From the NCBI RefSeq assembly GCF_006345805.1, contig NC_043016.1, positions 20,150,001 through 20,214,000 of the forward strand: 64,000 nucleotides of DNA, in the 5' to 3' direction. Below are positions 51,956 to 63,680 of the stretch, piece by piece. The stretch is from Octopus sinensis. Lineage: Eukaryota. The notes under the pieces are model-generated. The model saw nothing but the letters and a program-made list of their open reading frames with translations, had not been told where the DNA came from and made no database searches. The translations under genes were made by a program, and so were the position numbers. Numbering within the stretch: the stretch's first letter is position 1; every line of letters starts with the position of its first letter.

Positions 51956-52135
51956 TCTTCCCCCCAAAGGGGGAATGAACAACGCGTGCTACCACAAGCA
52001 CTAAGTGTTTTCAATTGAAAACTCCAACAGTTAAGTTATTCAACAGTTTAACAAGAAACAACAGTTGTTAACAATATTAACACCACGAAACAGCAATTCT
52101 TACTTCACGAACACATGTGCGACAGACGAAATACC

Positions 52136-52183
52136 GCTACGCACTCCACCCGGCATGCTAACGTTTCTGCCAGCTTGCCGCCT
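52136..52183 (-). mobile_element. 5' tRNA-like head of the interrupted host SINE
   Basis: The minus strand reads AGGCGGCAAGCTGGCAGAAACGTTAGCATGCCGGGTGGAGTGCGTAGC, continuing directly into the TSD GGTATTTCGTCTGTCG as in intact copies. Confidence 0.9.
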
Positions 52184-52629
52184 TTAGATGGTTGGATCTT
52201 GCCAAATGTAACTTAGTTCACCAATTATGGCAAGATTTTGCTAGGTGCTTGAATATTTGTTGTTCCCATATAAAATCCCAAGTTACCATCTTAACTTTCC
52301 AATGAATCTGTTGATCCAGCATTGAAAGTCATTAGTGATTATTAGGTGTGGTGGTGGTGGTGGTGAGGTTGTGTGCCAATGTTGCTGGATTATGTTGTTG
52401 AGCAGAAAAATTCTTGTAATTACTTCATAACATTGAGCAAACATTTGAACATGGTTTATTGTGCTGTTTTAGTATGAAAAGATGTCCGTGTATTGCAATT
52501 AATATACAGAAGCAGTAAGGTGGGAACTACTTTTAATATTCTAGCATTCTGTACCTGCATTCGTCATTCTGTCGTTTCTTGTACTGTACTTTTCTAGGTT
52601 CAAATAACTTAACAATATTCTAGGATTCT

Positions 52630-52960
52630 GTACTCTTTTACTCTTTTAGTTGTTTCAATCATTTGGCTGTGGCCATGCTGGAGCACCGCCTTTAGTCGAG
52701 CAAATCGACCCCCAGGACTTATTCTTTATAAACCTAGTACTTATTCTATCGGGTTTTTTTTTGCCGAACCGCTAAGTTACAGGGATGTAAACACAACAGC
52801 ATCAGTTGTCAAGCGATGTTGGGGGGGGGGGACAAATACACACACACACATATATGTGTGTGATGGGATTCTTTCAGTTTCCATCTACCAAATGCACTCA
52901 CAAGGCTTTGGTCGGCCGAGGCTATAATAGAAGACACTTGCCCAAGGTGCCATGCAGTCT
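52630..52960 (-). mobile_element. tRNA-derived SINE, 5'-truncated
   Basis: High similarity to 55865-56272. Confidence 0.8.
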
Positions 52961-53769
52961 TAAATTTTTTTTCCAGGTAATCCTTCTTTTTATTATGAGT
53001 AAGTATATTTACCTTTATAATTTGGGGAAAAAAATGATACTATTGTAAATAGTTTTTAAATAAAGATTTTGTTCAAACTTAGAAATTAACTATGGATTAA
53101 AAGCAGCTTCTGAACACAAATATATATATTTTTTTAAACATTTTTTTAAATATTCTAATTAACTAATTAATAATTATTTTGTTTTTAATGAGTGAATATG
53201 TTAATATTAATATGTTTTTGATATGTACATATTTTAATACTTAAACAGATTGCTAGTTTTAGACATGGTTTTCCCCCAAACTATTTGTGTCAATGAACTT
53301 TTTCTACAAATAACAAAGGATTAATAACAGTATCTGAACACAAATATATTTTTAAACATTTTTTTTTTATAATTCTAATTAAGTAATTTATAACTTTCTT
53401 TTTAATGAGTAAATTTTTCTATTTTAATATGTACATATTATAATGCACAAACGAAACAACAAAAATGATTACAAAAATACAGAAAATCCCAATTTTCCAG
53501 ATCAGTATTTGTTGGTGGGGGTTTTCCCCAAACTATTTGTGTAGATAAGCTCTTTCATTTTAATTTCTTAGAACGAGCACGATTTTTCTGTCAGTTAAAA
53601 CACGTACCTTTTCTGTAGCTAATATTTTTTGATAAGATTTTCATCATGAGATTTCATCTCATAGGGCTCTTTCACTTGAACACAATTGTGTAGTTTGCCT
53701 TTACAATGGCTGAAATATTTTGATTCATAGTTAATTTTGGGGGTTACTTACCATTTTCTTGCTACCTAA

Positions 53770-54184
53770 GAGCACCATACGAGTGAGATCATTGCCAGAG
53801 CAACAAGCTGGCCTTTGTGCCGATGGCACATTAAACACACCATTCAAGTATGATCGTTACCTGCGTCGCCTTACTAGCACTTGTGCTGGTGGCATGTGAA
53901 ATATTCGATCGAGGTCATCGCCAGTGCCGCTGGACTGGCCCCTGTGCAGGGGGATCATAAAAAGCACCATTTGGGCGTGGCCGTTGCCAGTACCACCAAA
54001 CTGGCCCTCGTGCCGGTGGCACATAAAAGCACCCACTACAGTCTCGGAGTGGTTGGCATTAGGAAGGGCATCCAGCTGTAGAAACTCTGCCAGATCAGAT
54101 TGGAGTTTGGTACACCAGACCTCAGTCAAATCGCCCAACCCATGCTAGCATGCAAAGCAGATGTTAAATGATGATGATGATGAT
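53770..54184 (+). mobile_element. RTE-type 3' UTR fragment with (GAT)n tail
   Basis: GTGCCGGTGGCACATAAAAGCACCCACTACA...GGAAGGGCATCCAGCTGTAG...GATGATGAT. Confidence 0.75.
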
Positions 54185-54479
54185 TAAAGCCATACTATTT
54201 CTTTTGTAATTCTTTTTAATAGAGTTTCCATCAGAAGATTCTTTTCAATGAGCACATTCTTTTAAACCCAATTAATGTATAGTTTTTTTTTTAAATAACA
54301 GAGATATTTTAATATTTAAAGTTGATTTTTTGCATTACTCTCCCATTTTTGACCTCCCTTTTTTTATGAACCAAATTTCAATCATTTTACCTCCAAATGT
54401 AGTGTGGGACTGGACCATCACTGCTAAAAAAACCGTCTTTGATTTGGTTGAGAATGGAATTAGTGGTGAAGCCTAGAAG

Positions 54480-54880
54480 TGCTTGTGAGTGATATATCCA
54501 CCCTCTACCATGGATAGAGGTTTGGTGAGCTAGGAGGTCATGTGTTTTTAGAGAACATAATCATGAAGATTGGCATGCATCCACACTTGGGTTGACCTAA
54601 CCTTATGAGATGGCACAGAATCTTGTTGGAAGACATGTGGTCTTCCATTGCATACCCTGTTTATCCAAGGCCTCACAACTTTCTCCAACACGTCTATGTA
54701 GACAGTACCATTGAATCTTAAGCCCTAAAAAGGTGAGGAGAAATGACATTTCCCTCATTGCTGTTGAATCTCAGAACCATCAGAGTTGCTGGGAACTTTG
54801 TATGGCCATTAGGAACCTCATTTGGGTCTGTGCACAACCATCTGTTCTTCATTTGGTTTACCTTTTGGTCCTGATTAAAG
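54480..54880 (-). mobile_element. Tc1/mariner (maT/DD37D-like) transposase fragment
   Basis: The minus strand reads NRWLCTDPNEVP..HTKFPATLMVL...YIDVLEKVVRPWINRVCNGRPHVFQQDSVPSH. Confidence 0.8.
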
Positions 54881-55239
54881 TTTTATTCATTGGAGACAAA
54901 ACATTCCTTTTTAACTTGTTAATCAAGGGCTTTGCACTAATCAGTTCTCTCTTGTCACATCTGACATAAACTGACCCCTCTGCATCACGTATGACTTGTA
55001 CCAGAAACCCTCAAGCATAACTCTTCTGATGCAGTACTCTGAAACTTTGGGGCCCATTGCAATGGCTCTGATTGACTTACCAGGGTTTTTTATCAGTTAT
55101 TTCTAGGGCATTTTGTATACATTTGTGTGTTCTGATGCTATTCGAATGCTGTGCATGTATTTCATGTTTAGCTGCTGATGTTGGATCCCTATCAGCAGCT
55201 TCTAGCCCCTTTCAAACTTTGACAATGAAAGATCATATT

Positions 55240-55540
55240 CTTTGTAAGCCTAGTACTTATTCTATCAGTCTCTTTTGCCAAAACGCTAAGTTACGGGGGA
55301 CGTAGAGACACTAACATCTGTTGTCAAGTGATGGTGTGGGGGACAAACACACACAAACATATACAAACATGTACATACACACGCGCGCACACACATACAC
55401 AACAGGCTTCTTCCAGATTCCATCTACCAAATCCACTTACAAGGCTTTGGTGGGAGACACTTGCCCAAGGTGCCATGCAGTGGGACTGAATCTGGAACCA
55501 TGTGGTTGGTAAGCAAGCTACTTACCACACAGCCACTCCT
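55240..55540 (-). mobile_element. tRNA-derived SINE
   Basis: Head AGGAGTGGCTGTGTGGTAAGTAGCTTGC on the minus strand; same family as 55865-56272. Confidence 0.8.
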
Positions 55541-55864
55541 AAACATATTTTAAAATTATTTTGTCTAGCCCCAACTTTCAGCATGTCTGAAACTTTAATA
55601 TTGGTTTGGAATTCTGGCATAAGGCCTGCAAATTCAGGGTTTGGGTAAGTTGATTACACCGATTCCATTGTCCGCAATACATACGACAAAAACAAATGAA
55701 GAGCTTCCTTTTATTTTAAGTCTAGCAAGTTGTAACATTTGTAGAACTTAGTACAGGGCAAGAAAAAATGAAATGAAATGAAATAATTTCAAACAGGAAC
55801 CAAAAGCGAGTTGCAGAATTCACTTGGTGAAGAACATGAATTCAAAAACTTCAATAAAGGACTA

Positions 55865-56273
55865 CTCTCTTTTTACTCTTTTACTTGTTTCAGTCATTTG
55901 ACTGCGGCCATGCTGGAGCACCGCCTTTAGTCGAGCAAATCGACCCCGGGACTTATTCTTTGTAAGCCCAGTACTTATTCTATCGGTCTCTTTTGCTGAA
56001 CCGCTAAGTGACGGGGACGTAAACACACCAGCATCGGTTGTCAAGCAATGCTAGGGGGGGACAAACACAGACACACAAACACACACACACATATATATAT
56101 ATATATACATATATATGACAGGCTTCTTTCAGTTTCCGTCTACCAAATCCACTCACAAGGCATTGGTCGGCCCGGGGCTATAGCAGAAGACACTTGCCCA
56201 AGATGCCCCGCAGTGGGACTGAACCCAGAACCATGTGGCTGGTTAGCAAGCTACTTACCACACAGCCACTCCT
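55865..56273 (-). mobile_element. Near full-length, well-preserved tRNA-derived SINE
   Basis: Head GGAGTGGCTGTGTGGTAAG, GGGTTCAGTCCC, internal (TA)n(TG)n, and an (AGTAAAAG)n-like tail. Confidence 0.85.
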
Positions 56274-56959
56274 GATTTAAAAAAAAAATATCTTTTATCC
56301 ATTTTATTTATTTGTTTGTTAGTCCAGCTGTTAGGTTTTGAATCACTGCAAGAACTTATTCAAGATACACAATTTGGGTTTTTCCTTTTTTTCTTTTTAC
56401 ATGCATATCATTAAATGTCGTTAGGGCATGGAATCTTAGCTATGTTCTGTCAATTAGTGACTTTAAAAATATTCAATTACTTTTCCTATTGAGTGGCGTG
56501 CTGCTTTTTTTTGTTTTTCAAGAGAAATTCCTGGCATTTCCCCCATTCACCTATACTATATATCTCATATTTCTTCTGTTTTTTTTTTATATGTATGTGT
56601 GTGGTGTTAACGTCACTATCATATTAAACATTGTCAAGGGATGGTTTTCCCCCAAACTATTTGTGTCAATCAACACTCCCATAACACCATACAATTTTTC
56701 AAGTCAGACATAACTGGCACTATTCTATTATTCTTTTATTGATAAATTTACCTTGTAGGCCTCTTTGTAATTAAATACTCAGTATAAATCTAGAACTTTT
56801 TTTTTATAAACAATGTTATACATTTTTCCAGATGGAACTTAAGCAAAAATGATATCTAACTATGCCTTGTAAAAGATGAACTTTAATCCCAAGATTTATT
56901 AACAAACATAAAAAAATTGAGTTTTACTGAAAACTACCACTCTTTGAATATGAAAGGTA

Positions 56960-57524
56960 TCAGGTTGTCTGTAAAGTTTGTGCCAGTTTATAGTAGCTTA
57001 CCTTTCAACTTATTTTAGAACATGGTTGAGTTCATAAAATAGAATTTGACTACACCTCCATTTAGAGCACAGTTTAAGCTATCTTTTTGTGGAAGAAGGT
57101 TTATGTTCCTATAACCTGTGTTAATTCTGTAACCCTTTAAAATAGAAGATAAGGAAGTTCATTTTTGGCACTTGATGCTTTGGGAACCAGACAAAACTTG
57201 CTGCAGCTCGGCTGGGATGTGTTACCCCACCCTCCATATTCACAGATATTGCTCCTTCAGATTTCCACTTATTCAGGTCTCTGCAGAATAGTCTTAATGG
57301 TAAAAATTTCAATTCTTTGGATGACGTAAAAAGATACCTTGATGAATTCTTTGCCATGAAACCACCTCAATTCTGGGAAGATGGTATTTTCATGTTGAAG
57401 GAAAGATGAAGACGCATTATGCAACAAAATGGTTCATATTTGGTTGATTAAAAATGTAATGGCAAGTATTTATTGACCTTTTTCTTTCCTTTAAAAATTG
57501 GCACAAACTTTCTGGAAGACCCAA
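56960..57524 (+). mobile_element. Internally deleted mariner element
   Basis: LPHPPYS.DIAPSDFHLFRSLQNSLNGKNF...FWEDGI..L.ER*RRIMQQNGSY (YSPDLAPSD motif). Imperfect TIRs ...AAAGTTTGTGCCAGTT / AATTGGCACAAACTTT... with TA flanks. Confidence 0.9.
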
Positions 57525-58244
57525 TATTTCTGAGTGAGATGATATCATGGCTACTTTAGGTGTAACAACATCTTCTCCAATCAAAATAGGAGTCTGAATA
57601 ATATGATGTATTAAGCTTTTAATGGCCAGCTTGTGCAGTTACACAACTGAAGTGGATGAAATTCACATATTACCATAACAGTAGCTTTATTTAGATTCTA
57701 AAGAATTAAAAATCTCAAAAATATAATTGACAGCCTCTACAGAATCTGCAACTAAATGTGTAGATTTAAGATTGTATCTTTTGAAATATGATCCAATAAT
57801 TTAACATTTATGGTGTAATAATGATATTTTTGGTGCCAGAATTGACCTTTCAATGATCATGAAAATTTGAGAATACTAATTAGAGGTGTATGTAAATGAT
57901 TATTATTATCAAGAGGTACCTCTTCCAAGTTTCAATAAATTTTGAGCAAATTCTTCAAACAAATTATTATCCCAAAAATGGTTCTCATATTTTTAGTTAG
58001 TTGCATCATTATGTGTCCCAACAAATAAGGTGAATTCAAGCAATAATATTCATTGGAATTACAGGCAAAATACTGTGAAATTCTTATAGTGGTACTCAAC
58101 CCTCTAACTCTTGTGAGTTTCTTAAATTTTGTCTGTTTTATTTCAGAACTCCATAAGCTGTCTTGTTTGCCATTGTGCACACACCCCAAAACAATGATGT
58201 GACACTTCTTTAGTATTTTTCCTATCCCAGATGTTTTGCTAATA

Positions 58245-58450
58245 TTGGTTTCAAATTTTGGCACAAGGCCAGCAAATTTGGGGTAGGCAGTAAGTTGATT
58301 ACATTGACTCCAGTGCTTCACTGGTACTTATATTATTGACTTAAGTGCTAGACTAGTACTTTGGAATTTGATCTTAGAATGTAAGGATAGATGAAAAGCC
58401 ACTAAGCATTTTTACTTGGCATGCTAACACCTTTGCCAGCTCGCCACCTT
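58245..58450 (-). mobile_element. Older tRNA-derived SINE (AAGGTGGCGAGCTGGCA head, tail B)
   Basis: Same head as the tail-A SINEs but ending ...AAATTTGCTGGCCTTGTGCCAAAATTTGAAACCAATATT. Confidence 0.7.
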
Positions 58451-59944
58451 ATACTTTGCTAATATTACAAACTGGTGTGTCATTGTCAACTAGATTCATG
58501 GTCAGTTTGAATGGGTTTTTCTTCTGCAAGTAAAAAACAACAGCAAATACCTGAACAAGCAGAAGCCCAAATTATTTTTTTTCCTGTTGTTTACTTTGGC
58601 AAATGTTTTGCTTGTTCTTGCTGATGCATCAAGGAAAAAAATTTCCTCCCCTTTGATTAAAAAAAAAAATCTTTCTCAAGTATAGTTTTGTAGAATGATT
58701 GTTTTTCAGAAGAAGTTTGGATTCAGTTCACATGTCTTTACAGGTCTTCAAGTGTTGCATGAAAATTTCTTTTAATAGTTCTGTTGTTAAATGATCAACT
58801 TCACAATCATACATTACATGCATACATACATATTATATATATATCATACATTACATGCATACATACATATTATATGTATGTATCTATATGTATATATTCA
58901 CACACACACATTATGTTCATGAATTATCTTTACAACTTCCACTACTTACTCCTGAAACTATTAAAGTTGAGATCCATCAATCAACTTTTACTAGAAACAT
59001 CAGAACATATGGAAGTGGTCTAATGTTTCTCATAAAACTTTGTTTTCCAATAAACTCTGGTGATTTATCTTTATTTTGCATTTTTCCTTAAGTTTTCAAA
59101 TTGTAAAGGTAATTTAGGGACACCCACTATATACATATGTAGTGTGATGGAGGAAAAGGACAACAGAAAAAGAAGCAACGGAAGAAAGAAATACAAAAAG
59201 CCTTACCTCAGCGAAATCAGCGGTCACTCTCACGAATTCAACACGTCTGATCGCTCTGCACTCTTTGCTGGAACTGACCACACATGCTTGCTAACCACAC
59301 GTGCTTCCTGCCCATGCACGCCCCTTTCACTCTTCCGCCAGCCCCTGCAAGCCTTACTTCCGCCCACCTCATCTGTCATCCTCTCCACCAACACCACTTA
59401 GCTCATCACAGCCCATAACACCGCTAACACCACAACATACACAGACACACATGTACATATATATATATATATATAGATGTAAATGGCCTTTATAGACCCT
59501 TCGAGGGTGATGTAGTGAACCCATAAAATGTTTTAATCAGTTATTAGTGAATGAAAATTTGGGTTTTTTAAGAAAAGGGAGGGAACTCTGAAGTCCAAAT
59601 TGGTTAAAACTCGAATGAATTTGGATATCAGTGGCAGAATGAGTTTGAATTTTGGTAACTAAGATCAGAACTTTTGGTAGATTTCTTCATTAAGACAGTC
59701 TATTTCACATTTATAGGACTTTGTTTTGGTGTCTATTTTTCTGTATATGGGTTGGACAGAATTTGGGGAGGCAGATTTTGTCTGACTGGATGCCCTTCTT
59801 GTTGCCAACTCTTACCCTTTTCCAAGTAAGTTAATATTCCCCATGACCAGATATAATTTCTCAGAATATTGGGAATGAAGGACACTGCTTGCATGATGGT
59901 GAAACTCATTTACAGCTATGATGCAATGTCAACGAAAGGAGACT

Positions 59945-60125
59945 CTAACACACACACACACACACACACACACATGATGGAGTCTTTCAGTTTTCGTCAA
60001 CCAAATCCACTCACAAGTCTTTGGTTGGCCTGGGGCTATAGTAGAAGATACTTCCCCAAGGTGACATACAGCAGGACTGAACCTGGAACCATGTGGGAGA
60101 GAAGCAAATTTCTTACCACACAACT
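59945..60125 (-). mobile_element. tRNA-derived SINE 5' part, diverged
   Basis: Similar to the head and core of 55865-56272. Confidence 0.65.
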
Positions 60126-60495
60126 ATGTCTTTGCTTATAGTACAGTAATACTCACTCATTTTGTAATTTAATATAATGACATGGAAAATTACTCAGGGA
60201 TATCTTCTGCATGAAGAGCAAATAGTTAAATGTGGGCTAATGTAATGTAATCTTCATCATCATCTATCATTATGATAAAAGAAAATGGCCATGAGGTTAA
60301 GAAACTTAGTTTGGAACCACATCATATTGTGTGGAGTACTCAGGCTGATGAATGCTTTGAGTGTGAATTTCATTGCAATGAAATGGTGTGGAAGCCTGTC
60401 GTGTGTGTGAGTGCATGTGTGTGTATGTATGTGTGTGTGTGTGTATATATATATATAAAAGCAAAACATTCAAACACTGAGATTTGAAATCATAT

Positions 60496-60526
<31 letters not shown>

Positions 60527-60527
<1 letters not shown>

Positions 60528-60965
60528 AATGTAAAGTATAGAAGCCATCTTATCATGGCTAACCACATTGGGGAGGGGGTGTTACTGTAGCTCTATAGCC
60601 CCAAGAGATCGTCGTCTCTAGCTGGCTTTAGACACAATATCAGTGCCCTTGGAGTATTTGCAAAGGGAGGCCATCCCTTCCTCGCAAGCCTGAGTGATAC
60701 GCTCGAACTAGTTTTGGGATTTTTGTCCCTCGTCAACGGACGGTAACCACCAGGTCGCGATGAAAGTGAAGGCTGCTTTGCAAATATATAAGTTTTTCTA
60801 GTGGCATCTGCCACTGATGTCGAAAAAACGGACAGTAAGCATAATTAAATCTCAGAATGAAGTAACACCCCCTCCCCAATGTGGTTAGCCATGATAAGAT
60901 GGCTTCTAAACTTTACATTATCGAGCGATTACTGTTTCAATCTCATTCTGAGATTTAATTATGCT
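60527..60965. repeat. Insertion in (TA)n with two interleaved inverted-repeat pairs
   Basis: A (60527-60586) is inverted at 60861-60920 with 1 mismatch in 60 bp. B (60838-60860) is inverted at 60943-60965 as a perfect 23-bp match. (TA)n lies on both sides. Confidence 0.85.
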
Positions 60966-63003
60966 ATATATATATATATACTTGGAAATGGATGTGTTGC
61001 TTTCAATTAAATGAAAAAATATATATATACATACATGCATATATGGGTACAGGACGTCACCAACGGTTCAAACAACATGAAATACATAAACAAATGAGAA
61101 AAAAATAGAAATTAGGACAAGTTAATACATCAGTTGTCAACTGTCTCTCTACTCCTCATTTCGAGCATTCAATGACAATATGAGTCTTCAAAGACAGTAG
61201 CGCCCATAAATTCTAAAATAAAATTTTGGATTTATAGAGGGTCAAAGTTAGGGACAAAACCAAGACAGTGGAGACATACAAGGAAACCAAATGAAAACAA
61301 ATATGGAGAGTCATTAGACCAGAATGAGAGGAAAATAGTGAATGCTGGTAGAAACATTTATTTTGAAAAGAGAAAAGTTAGAAGAGAGAGAGAGAGAAAA
61401 ACGCATCAGCTCTTTTAAATATCTGTGAAAGAAAAGATGGTCATATGAGGAAAAGAAAGATGGACGATAGTTACGTGTGAGCAACAAGAGAGAGCGGGAG
61501 CAAAAAAGAGAAAGAGTAGAGAGAGAGAGAGAGAGATCGAAAATGAAGGAGGGAGGGAGGGGGAGAAAAAGAGTATTAGAGAAGAATGGAAGAAGAAAAC
61601 AGTATAGAATAGAGAGTTGCAGCAAAAAGGGGAAGATAAACTTACTTGGAAATGGATGCATCACGCTCAATTAAATAATAAATAATATATAACACACACA
61701 CACACATATATATATATGTGAAAGCGAGTTTGTATATGTGTGTGTTTGTGTGCATATATCTCTTATGCATTCCAAAACCAAGTTGCCGATTTCGATGTAA
61801 GGGGTGTCAAATATTTGCATTACAAAAATTTAACATTGTCGTTTTTCTTTTAGTCACCTATCATAAACGACATTTTATATCACCACCACAATGACAATGA
61901 CGTCACGTTTTTGATATGAGTGCATTCGTGTGTTTATTACCTACATTAGGCTGATGACAGACAAGTATATGCGTGTGATGGTGTATGTGTCTGTCAGTAT
62001 ACATACATTTTTGTGATGACTGATACACACAGGGACAGAAATAGGCTTACGGTGTGCATCAATGTATGTGTGCATGTGTGTGTTAGTTTATGTTTGTAAC
62101 TTTCTCCTGCCCAACAGTGAAGTTCACCAATATTGAATGTTTCGTTGTGGCCAGAAATTTAAACAAATAACAACGTTGACTTTCAAGTACTACCAACATG
62201 AAGATTTTTTTTTTATTTAAGTCCACTCGCAATACTTGCAAATATATCAGTAAAAAAGATATTATTCTGGTTATTATAATAAATTTGGAAACTTGGCAAA
62301 GTAGAAAGCCTCTTCCAATATAATTGCAGAAATGTTATTCCACTCCTTCTAACCAGTTTCAAGATAATTTTTAACAGTTCTCCTAAGCTTCTTCACCACT
62401 GTGAGTATCAACGTCGCACAACCTTTTTTACTGCATCAGTCAGTATTTATTCTACAGCCTATAATGTTACACAGTTAAAAAATATGTAGTAATGTCAAAT
62501 GAATTTATATTTTGCTACATACATCCTTCAGCAAATATTTGAAATTAACGTTCACAACAGTGTCTTCCTTTCTATACACATGGTTCAACGTTCATTTCAA
62601 AATTGTAAAATAGATTATTTTTGTTTGAAAAATTTAATTTTTTTTCTTGGACTTTCACTTTCTTCACCATGATATTCAATTGTTCCAAATAAATGTTGAT
62701 TTTCTATACTTTCTTACATTGGTGACATATACTAACTTTTGCTAAATTGATGACTTTCCATTTTTTTTTCTTTAGCATAACTATGTTACAGAAAGTATGT
62801 CTTGCACCTGTATTGACTACATTTAGTAACTTTTGCTAAATTGGTGACTTTCCTTTTCTTTTTATAGATTTTGTTTCATTTAAACTTCATATGTATACAT
62901 TTTGCTGTTTTCAGTATTATCAGTTCTATAAGTATATGTGTGTGTGTGTGTTTCTGCGTTCCTTATGTCTATAGTAAACTATAGTAATGAACATTTTACG
63001 CTG

Positions 63004-63395
63004 TTTTAATTTTTAATTTTAATTTTTATTTAAATTTAATTTTTTGGCTCAAAAAGCAAAAGCAAGGCCATGTAGGGGGACAGGGAGTTATGTACAGGGA
63101 GGGTGGTCATACAAAGAGTTCAGGCCATTTCTGGTCAAGAGAGACTTTGAACCGAGCGGTCGTCGGCATCTTCACTATCTCGTCTGGCAGCTTATTCCAC
63201 GGATCCGCAACCCGGACGGAGAAAGCCCCTCTCCTTCGATTGAGATGAAATTGTCATAGATAGAGTTTTTCGGAGTGACCCCGCAGCCCATGCTCTGGAG
63301 CAGGAGTGAAGAACAGTTCTTTCGAGAAGTTACACTTTCCGCTTATGATGTTGTGAGTGAGAATGAGATCACCACGGCGGCAGCGTTTATCAAGA
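63004..63395 (-). mobile_element. CR1/L2-like LINE 3' end
   Basis: LDKRCRRGDLILTHNII...LRGHSEKL...RRGAFSVRVADPWNKLP is a CR1-group ORF2 C-terminus, followed by an (AAAATT)n-like tail. Confidence 0.8.
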
Positions 63396-63680
63396 GAAAT
63401 GATCCTACATCTAATGAAGTAGCCATCCTTATCGTTGGTGATCTCCATGAAAATCATGATATTCTTATTTGTGTTCAAGATAACAACCTTAAACATGTTC
63501 CAATGACTCATCCCTCTTATCATGCTCTCCAGTATCCTCTTATTCTGTGGAATGGTCAAGATGGGTATTATTTCAATATTCCATGGATTGAACCTGCAAT
63601 AGGGTAGCCAATTACAAGCAAAAAGGTGTCGTCGTCAAATGACTTCTATTCTTACCAACTGATTTTAAGACCAGAACAAT
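63396..63680 (+). mobile_element. Helitron Rep fragment
   Basis: PTSNEVAILIVGD...HDIL....NNLKHVPMTHPSYHALQYPLILWNGQDGY matches the Helitron Rep motif PT..EVA..IVG...H..YD.LQYPL.F..G.DG. Confidence 0.85.

Larger units (their letters stand above)
46825..52119 (-). mobile_element. Full-length Tx1/L1-type non-LTR retrotransposon (5295 bp)
   Basis: Perfect 16-bp TSD CGACAGACGAAATACC at 46809-46824 and 52120-52135. The element has ORF1 with a CCHC knuckle, ORF2 with APE-RT-zinc finger, and a ~250-nt 3' UTR ending AATAAAGAAATT. Confidence 0.95.

Noticed and set aside
53100-53560. ~230-bp AT-rich local duplication with GGTTTTCCCC(C)AAACTATTTGTGT (also at ~56643)
   Set aside because: Short, low-complexity and without coding or structural signal; likely an old repeat fragment.
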